The notes under the pieces were generated by a model. The model searched no databases and was not told the origin of the DNA. It worked only from the letters and a program-made list of their open reading frames with translations. Positions 27,255-32,000 of a stretch of DNA of 32,000 nucleotides are shown piece after piece. The stretch covers positions 914,499 through 946,498 of the forward strand of contig JAWAHN010000001.1 of NCBI GenBank assembly GCA_038889235.1. The letters are read 5' to 3'. The position numbers were made by a program, and so were the translations under genes. Positions within the stretch are counted from its first letter, which is position 1, and each line of letters begins with the position of its first letter. Source of the DNA: Candidatus Jordarchaeales archaeon. Its GTDB lineage: Archaea > Asgardarchaeota > Jordiarchaeia > Jordiarchaeales > Freyrarchaeaceae.

Positions 27255-27258
27255 ACTC

Positions 27259-27663
27259 CTACTTCTTACTCTCCTTAAGTGAGGCGTAAAGGTTGAGAAG
27301 ATCAATCCAAGACTTCAGGTAACCCTTAACAAAACCAGCCTTCTGAGGAACGTTTGCGAAAAATGTCTCAGCCAGAGATTCAAGGTACTTTGCAAACCCT
27401 CTCGCTTCCTCAGCCGAAATGCCATTCACGAGGACAGCTATCAAAGAAGACCTGCTGAGCCTTTCAAGGCCAACGAGCCAACCTTTCCAGGCGAGCTCAA
27501 CCCACTTATCTTTAATTTGTGCCCCCTCCAGAGTGGTTCTTGCTATTTCAATGGCCTTCTTGCGGTCACCTTCAACCAGAGCTTTAGCAAGTTCCTCGAT
27601 CGCACTCAAAACGACCACCAACCTTGTAGAAAGTATTGAGACACAACTAATTAATGTTTCCAA
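27259..27663 (-). CDS. Hypothetical all-helical protein
   Basis: Amphipathic helices and typical codon usage. Likely start is TTG 27609 after GGTGG. Confidence 0.65.
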   Translation of the reverse strand: METLISCVSILSTRLVVVLSAIEELAKALVEGDRKKAIEIARTTLEGAQIKDKWVELAWKGWLVGLERLSRSSLIAVLVNGISAEEARGFAKYLESLAETFFANVPQKAGFVKGYLKSWIDLLNLYASLKESKK

Positions 27664-27751
27664 TTGCTGATTATGAAATCAGAAATCAAAATCAGATATC
27701 ATCATTAGGAATCGTGACCTCTGTACAGAAACCAGACAAGAAAGAGAGACC

Positions 27752-27771
27752 ACCCCTTCGTTTCAACTGCA
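27752..27771 (-). promoter_or_regulatory. Origin recognition box (ORB)
   Basis: Minus strand TGCAGTTGAAACGAAGGGGT matches the ORB consensus TCCAGTGGAAACRAAGGGG, including the G-string. Confidence 0.85.
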
Positions 27772-27905
27772 AATAAGCCAGAAGCCGCTTAAGTGATCAA
27801 AAGAAACATATCTGAAAAAATTTATATACTTCAAACCCCCTCTTTTTTGGGGGAGAGTTTTACTTTTAAAGTTTAATTATTAAACTTTTCATAAGAGTTT
27901 TTGTC

Positions 27906-27925
27906 TCCACTGGAAACAAAGGGGT
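27906..27925 (+). promoter_or_regulatory. Origin recognition box (ORB)
   Basis: TCCACTGGAAACAAAGGGGT. Confidence 0.9.
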
Positions 27926-27936
27926 CTCTGAGTTTA

Positions 27937-27973
27937 TTTGGAACACATGTTCTAGTTTGGAACACATGTTCTA
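27937..27973 (+). repeat. Tandem 18-bp direct repeat TTTGGAACACATGTTCTA x2 (period 19)
   Basis: Copies at 27937-27954 and 27956-27973. Confidence 0.9.
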
Positions 27974-28327
27974 AATATCCTCCTCTCCCGATATTACAAA
28001 AACGCGACACTTCACTATGTCTTTATACCTCCTGAAGAAGGCGTTGAAGATTGCTGCGTGCTCGTCTCGAACCAGTATCGCGCTGTCTCCTGCTCTCTCA
28101 CAGTCGTATGTCTCTACGAGGCCTTTTTTCTCTTTCTTCATTACTTTTCCGTCTTTGTTCCTCCAGGTATATGTGTAGCCGAAGAGTTCCTTGAAGAATT
28201 TTATTCTACGTGGGTCGTTTGACATTCCTTCTTTCACGTCGTAGACGTATATCCTCAATTTTGCTCCCCTCTTTTGAGGGTATCTTTGTTTCTTAAAGTA
28301 AGCTTGTATTTCCAAGGTTTTCTTCAA
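27971..28327 (-). CDS. Small basic protein with a Cas2/VapD-like ferredoxin-fold pattern, inside the origin
   Basis: RIYVYDV...DPRRIKFFKELFGY...GDSAILV echoes the Cas2 pattern vaYDi..dkRr.kv.k.l...g...qkSvf. Confidence 0.6.
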   Translation of the reverse strand: MKKTLEIQAYFKKQRYPQKRGAKLRIYVYDVKEGMSNDPRRIKFFKELFGYTYTWRNKDGKVMKKEKKGLVETYDCERAGDSAILVRDEHAAIFNAFFRRYKDIVKCRVFVISGEEDI

Positions 28328-28422
28328 ATTAACATGTTAACAAAGTGTTAACGTGTTTACTTTCTCTGTTTGTGCTGAGGATTTTCTACATAAATGAAGC
28401 AAAAAATCGTGTGTTTAAGTTA

Positions 28423-28442
28423 ACCCCTTTGTTTCAACTGCA
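28423..28442 (-). promoter_or_regulatory. Origin recognition box (ORB)
   Basis: Minus strand TGCAGTTGAAACAAAGGGGT; differs at one position from the box at 27752. Confidence 0.85.
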
Positions 28443-28814
28443 GCAAAAAATCTTGGGACTTCCTTTCTTTATTTGACGTTAACAATTTTTGTTAATTTTC
28501 TTTTGCCAAAAACAGTGGAAAAAACTATTTTTTTACTTTTTTCAGGTAATTTTTTTCTTTATTGGTGTTAACGTTTGTTTTTTCGCCGTTTTTTTCTTTT
28601 TCGCTATTTTTCTTTCTTTTTGTCTTTTCTTGCTGTTCTTGGTTAACAAGTTAGTAGTGTTAACTTGTTTCACATTTTTGACTTTTAGCGTTAACTGAGG
28701 TTGGTGTGCTTTGTACCTGCTGCTTCCCGTAATAGATAAAGATATATATGTCGTATGCGGAGATTTAACTTGCCTCGTTTCCGGTGGAAGGCGCGCCAGT
28801 TGGGGGCCCTATTA

Positions 28815-29279
28815 GTGAGACGCTATAAGATAGAGATAGTTGATAGTGAACGCAATCTGAAGGCTACTTTAACTCTTGAGGGTGATGTGTCCCCCCAGCT
28901 GGCAGCATCTCTTGTGGAGGAGCTCTCCGAGAAGCTTTCTAGAGGTGAGATTGTAGAGGAGGTTCCTGAGGGCGGTGCGTCAGAGGCCGGTGCTGGGGTT
29001 TTCCCTGACCCTGAGAACCTTTCTATGAAGGATAAGTTTGAGCTTTTGTTGTTGAAGTATTTCCAATATGGGTGGTTTACCTCTACTGATGTCCATGAGC
29101 AGTTTACCCGTGTTTTTGGCAAGACTTCTTTGAGCGTGGTGTCTACGTACTTGGCGAGGCTTTACAGCGAAGGTTTCCTGGAACGTAAGGGGACAAAGAA
29201 GCAGTACTACTACCGGCTCAAGGAGAGCGTTAGGGTTAAAGCTGCTGGATTTGGTGAGCTTCTTCAGCTGCTCCCGTGA
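28815..29279 (+). CDS. Winged-helix protein upstream of cdc6
   Basis: C-terminal WFTSTDVHEQF...SLSVVSTYLARLYSEGFLERKG...YYYRL wHTH. Likely start is GTG 28815 (ORF extends to 28755). Confidence 0.75.
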   Translation: MRRYKIEIVDSERNLKATLTLEGDVSPQLAASLVEELSEKLSRGEIVEEVPEGGASEAGAGVFPDPENLSMKDKFELLLLKYFQYGWFTSTDVHEQFTRVFGKTSLSVVSTYLARLYSEGFLERKGTKKQYYYRLKESVRVKAAGFGELLQLLP

Positions 29280-29362
29280 GCTGTCCTTTTTTAAGCCTGT
29301 GTTTTTAGCGTAATATCAATGGATATATTTCTTGGCTGTCAAGCTTAATTCGCCTCTGCTTC

Positions 29363-30634
29363 TTGTGGAAGCGGGAGAAATGGGTGGTCTGCTTGGACGA
29401 GCGCCCTCTTGAGAAGCTGTTCGAAAGGTTTCTTTCGACCAAGATATTCAAGAACCGTGACGTGTTAAGTCACACTTATGTGCCTGACGAGTTGCCTCAC
29501 CGCGACGAGCAAATAGAGAAAGTTGGTTTGATTCTTGCCTCCGCTTTGAAGGGTGGGACGCCTTCGAACGTTTTCATATATGGTAAGACTGGTACTGGGA
29601 AGACTGCTGTTGTGCGGTTTGTCCTCAAGCACCTTGTAGCTAAGTGTCATGAGCTTAATGTGCCCGCCCCCATACCTGCATATCTTAACTGTAGGATTGT
29701 TAACACTAACTACCGGGTTTTGGCCCGGCTTTGCTCTTACCTTGGAGTTGAGGTTCCATTTACCGGTCTGCCCACCGATGAAGTCTACAACAGGTTTAGG
29801 GATGCTCTTGACAGCAGGGACGTGTTAATGATAATCGTGTTAGATGAGGTTGAACGTTTGGTTGAAAGAGATGGAAGTAACGTTCTCTACGACCTGACCC
29901 GAATGAATCACACGGTTCTGAAACGGGCGCGCGTCAGTATAATAGGGATCACAAATGACCTGACGTTTAAGGACAACCTTGACCCCCGTGTGTTGAGCAG
30001 TTTGGGAGAGGAAGAGCTTGTATTCCCGCCTTACACCGCCGCTGAGCTTAGAGACATTCTTTGGCAGAGGGCCCAGCTTGCCTTTAGGGAGGATGCTCTC
30101 GACGGTCCGGGTGTCATAAACTTGTGTGCTGCTATTGCCGCCAAGGAGCATGGGGACGCTCGCCGTGCCTTGGACCTTTTGAGGGTTGCAGGGGAGATAG
30201 CTGAACGTGAAGGGGCCGCAAAGGTCACAGAGGAGCACGTGAGGGCTGCTCAACGTGTCATAGAGCGCGACCACCTAACAGAGGCGTTGAGGACTTTACC
30301 CATGCACTCTAAGCTCGTGCTTTACACTATTTTTGAACTGACTAGGCAGGGTAAGGGCAAGGCTAGGACGGGGGACATTTACAATTATTATTCGAGCATT
30401 TGCAAGCGCTCTAACATTGAGCCTTTAACTCAGAGGAGGGTTAGTAGCCTGATAAACGAGCTCGACATGTTAGGGGTTATTGTGGCGCACCTTAAAAGCA
30501 GGGGACGTCATGGTCTGTCGAAAGAGGTAAGACTTAACGTTCCAGTTGGTCAAGTCAAACAGGTCTTGGAGGAAGACCCCCTCATAAAGAGGCTTGCGTC
30601 GCTGGGTGATTTATCTTCTTTTCTTCAAGCTTAG
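29363..30634 (+). CDS. cdc6: Orc1/Cdc6 replication initiator
   Basis: LPHRDEQI, YGKTGTGKT, YLNC, IVLDEVE, IGITN, LDPRVLSSL, GDARRALDLL and a C-terminal WH domain. Alternative start is TTG 29393. Confidence 0.97.
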   Translation: MWKREKWVVCLDERPLEKLFERFLSTKIFKNRDVLSHTYVPDELPHRDEQIEKVGLILASALKGGTPSNVFIYGKTGTGKTAVVRFVLKHLVAKCHELNVPAPIPAYLNCRIVNTNYRVLARLCSYLGVEVPFTGLPTDEVYNRFRDALDSRDVLMIIVLDEVERLVERDGSNVLYDLTRMNHTVLKRARVSIIGITNDLTFKDNLDPRVLSSLGEEELVFPPYTAAELRDILWQRAQLAFREDALDGPGVINLCAAIAAKEHGDARRALDLLRVAGEIAEREGAAKVTEEHVRAAQRVIERDHLTEALRTLPMHSKLVLYTIFELTRQGKGKARTGDIYNYYSSICKRSNIEPLTQRRVSSLINELDMLGVIVAHLKSRGRHGLSKEVRLNVPVGQVKQVLEEDPLIKRLASLGDLSSFLQA

Positions 30635-32000
30635 TCGCCTGTAAAATCTAGCTGAGTTATTTTAAAGTCCTTGAGGTTTATTATGTAGGGCTTTCCGGGC
30701 GTTGGAACTAGTCCCATTGATTTCTGGTAGTTTGTTTGCTCCTGGAAGGTGCCTGCGTTTATCACGGTTACTCCCCGATATACATCTTGTCCGTTTACAT
30801 GAATGTGTCCGCAGTGTAGTATGTCGGGTACTCGTTCAATTACTAGGAGGTCTAGTGGTTCGGGAGCTATAGGCGTTGATCCGTAGATTGGTGCTAAGTG
30901 TCTCCCTCTGAGAAGTTCGATCATGGCTTTCTCCGGGTGGTGCTGGTCTAGGGACAATGCTGTTATCACGTCGTTTAACGAGTCTCCGTGGAAACACAGT
31001 ACCTCGACACCATGTATTTTAAAGTGTGCTGGGTCTCCAAGCATTTCAACTCCTATTTCGTAAAGCGGTTCGCCGTACTCTTTTGGTATTGCCGGCTGGG
31101 GGAGTGCTTGTCTCGTCGCGTCGTGTCCGCCTGGTATAGCTATTATCTTCACGTGGTCCGGTACGTTTTCGAGGTATTTTGCTGCCATCTTGTACTGTGA
31201 ATAAAGTTCCCTGACGACGAGTTCTTCTTCCTGATCCGGGTAGACTCCCACACCATCGACTATGTCGCCGCCAATCACCAAATATTTGACTTGTCTGGCG
31301 AGAGCTCTGCTTTTCTCGTCACCTCTCTTCCCCTGCAGCCACTCCAGGAATCTTAAGAAGGGTTTTTCCATGAATTTCTTGCTGCCAAAGTGCGTGTCCG
31401 AGATGAAAACTGCTATCACAGGGTCTGCTGCCCTCCTAGGGGTGTGGTCAAAGGGTATGTCCGGCCAAAGTACGTTGTCTGCTACGACATACGATCCGTT
31501 GCTCTTACCTTCGACACAAATCACCTGGTCTAGCATCAAGTTTCGCACTTTTTCTGCCAAACTGCTTGGAACTAGGACACTTACTGCTCCTTCATCATCC
31601 TCTAGCTCTATTACCATGGAACGGTTGCGCGTCTTTGAAATCTCTTTGACTATTCCTATTATTCTGACATCCCTGCCGCTCTTTCCAACCTCGCTAGTCT
31701 TGCACGCTCCTTTAATGTCGCCTCTTTTCAGAAGGAGGTTGCTAAGGCGCATAAACCTGTCTCTGAAATAGCTGACGAAGTCGTCTAGGGTCCCACCGGA
31801 TCCTATAATGTGTGTTGGGTCCATCAGAACTTCGAATTCTTCATCTACATCTTTGGCTGTCACTGTTGGCTCTGGCTTTAGAGTTGGCTCTGGTTTTGAA
31901 ACCGGTTGTGGTGTTGGTTCCTTATTGATTTTCTCGGCTTTGGCCGTCTTCGGCGCAGTTTCCTTACCGGTAGGCGTTATGAGTTTCTTCACGTCGTCTT
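30631..32000 (-). CDS. polB: DNA polymerase D small subunit DP1 (5' end outside the window)
   Basis: YFRDRF, an OB fold, FISDTHFGS, GDIVDGVGVYPDQ, PGGHD, FHG, HCGHIH and GTFQEQT motifs. The frame stays open to the window edge. Confidence 0.95.
   Translation of the reverse strand, partial: DDVKKLITPTGKETAPKTAKAEKINKEPTPQPVSKPEPTLKPEPTVTAKDVDEEFEVLMDPTHIIGSGGTLDDFVSYFRDRFMRLSNLLLKRGDIKGACKTSEVGKSGRDVRIIGIVKEISKTRNRSMVIELEDDEGAVSVLVPSSLAEKVRNLMLDQVICVEGKSNGSYVVADNVLWPDIPFDHTPRRAADPVIAVFISDTHFGSKKFMEKPFLRFLEWLQGKRGDEKSRALARQVKYLVIGGDIVDGVGVYPDQEEELVVRELYSQYKMAAKYLENVPDHVKIIAIPGGHDATRQALPQPAIPKEYGEPLYEIGVEMLGDPAHFKIHGVEVLCFHGDSLNDVITALSLDQHHPEKAMIELLRGRHLAPIYGSTPIAPEPLDLLVIERVPDILHCGHIHVNGQDVYRGVTVINAGTFQEQTNYQKSMGLVPTPGKPYIINLKDFKITQLDFTGD

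Larger units (their letters stand above)
27752..28442. other. Chromosomal replication origin (oriC), cdc6-linked
   Basis: Three ORBs in both orientations, an AT-rich spacer at 27772-27905 (candidate DUE), cdc6 and DP1 about 1-2 kb away, and gene orientation switching from minus to plus across the region. Confidence 0.85.

Noticed and set aside
27231-27973. GGAACAC repeats as a CRISPR array with the Cas2-like gene
   Set aside because: There are only three copies, two are separated by 1 bp and the third is 700 bp away. There are no spacers and no other cas genes.
27231-27973. GAAC-N4-GTTC as a Firmicute-type LexA (SOS) box
   Set aside because: The match is formal only. LexA regulation is not established in archaea, and no LexA-like gene is visible.
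28489-28698. 69-aa Phe-rich ORF
   Set aside because: It is a by-product of the T-rich tract.
1466-31771. Numerous short antisense or overlapping ORFs in the track (e.g. 1466-1672, 8264-8716, 12048-12563, 13744-14154, 21845-22285, 31262-31771)
   Set aside because: They shadow well-supported genes on the opposite strand or frame and have no recognisable motifs.
1-32000. tRNA, rRNA or other structured ncRNA genes
   Set aside because: No cloverleaf or rRNA signature was recognised in the intergenic gaps by eye. A covariance-model search could still reveal small RNAs.

Overview
Archaeal chromosomal window. Evidence for this: GGTGA/GGAGG ribosome-binding sites, SepRS, Taw1, Dph5, RibK/RibL, Cdc6 and PolD DP1. 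My tentative guess is a thermophilic TACK/Asgard-type lineage. Left to right it holds: a partial class III RNR with an upstream CxxC redoxin, rlmE, a coiled-coil gene, queE-DUF366-queD, fwdD-fwdA-like-ferredoxin-fwdB, a gamma carbonic anhydrase and a deacetylase, folD-purH-CoA transferase-taw1-translin-sepS-ribK-ribL, dph5, mtnA, an HTH-CBS regulator and hypF. It ends with a replication-origin region (three ORB boxes, then a wHTH gene, cdc6 and a convergent DP1). Main finding: the 5' part of queE, which the ORF track misses, is interrupted by three tiny insertions of 26, 19 and 17 nt. Each folds into a bulge-helix-bulge (BHB) motif. Removing them at the BHB-predicted cut sites restores one 263-aa QueE with its QGEG, IFVRF and CxxC-D motifs. 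This points to a multi-intron archaeal mRNA spliced by the tRNA-splicing machinery. Second finding: an origin-embedded cluster of uncharacterised genes (ExeA-like AAA+ ATPase, RHH-like protein, helical proteins, Cas2/VapD-like protein, wHTH protein) with three distinct families of short repeats. No tRNA, rRNA, CRISPR array or transposase was recognised. All family assignments come from motif recognition by eye, not database searches.
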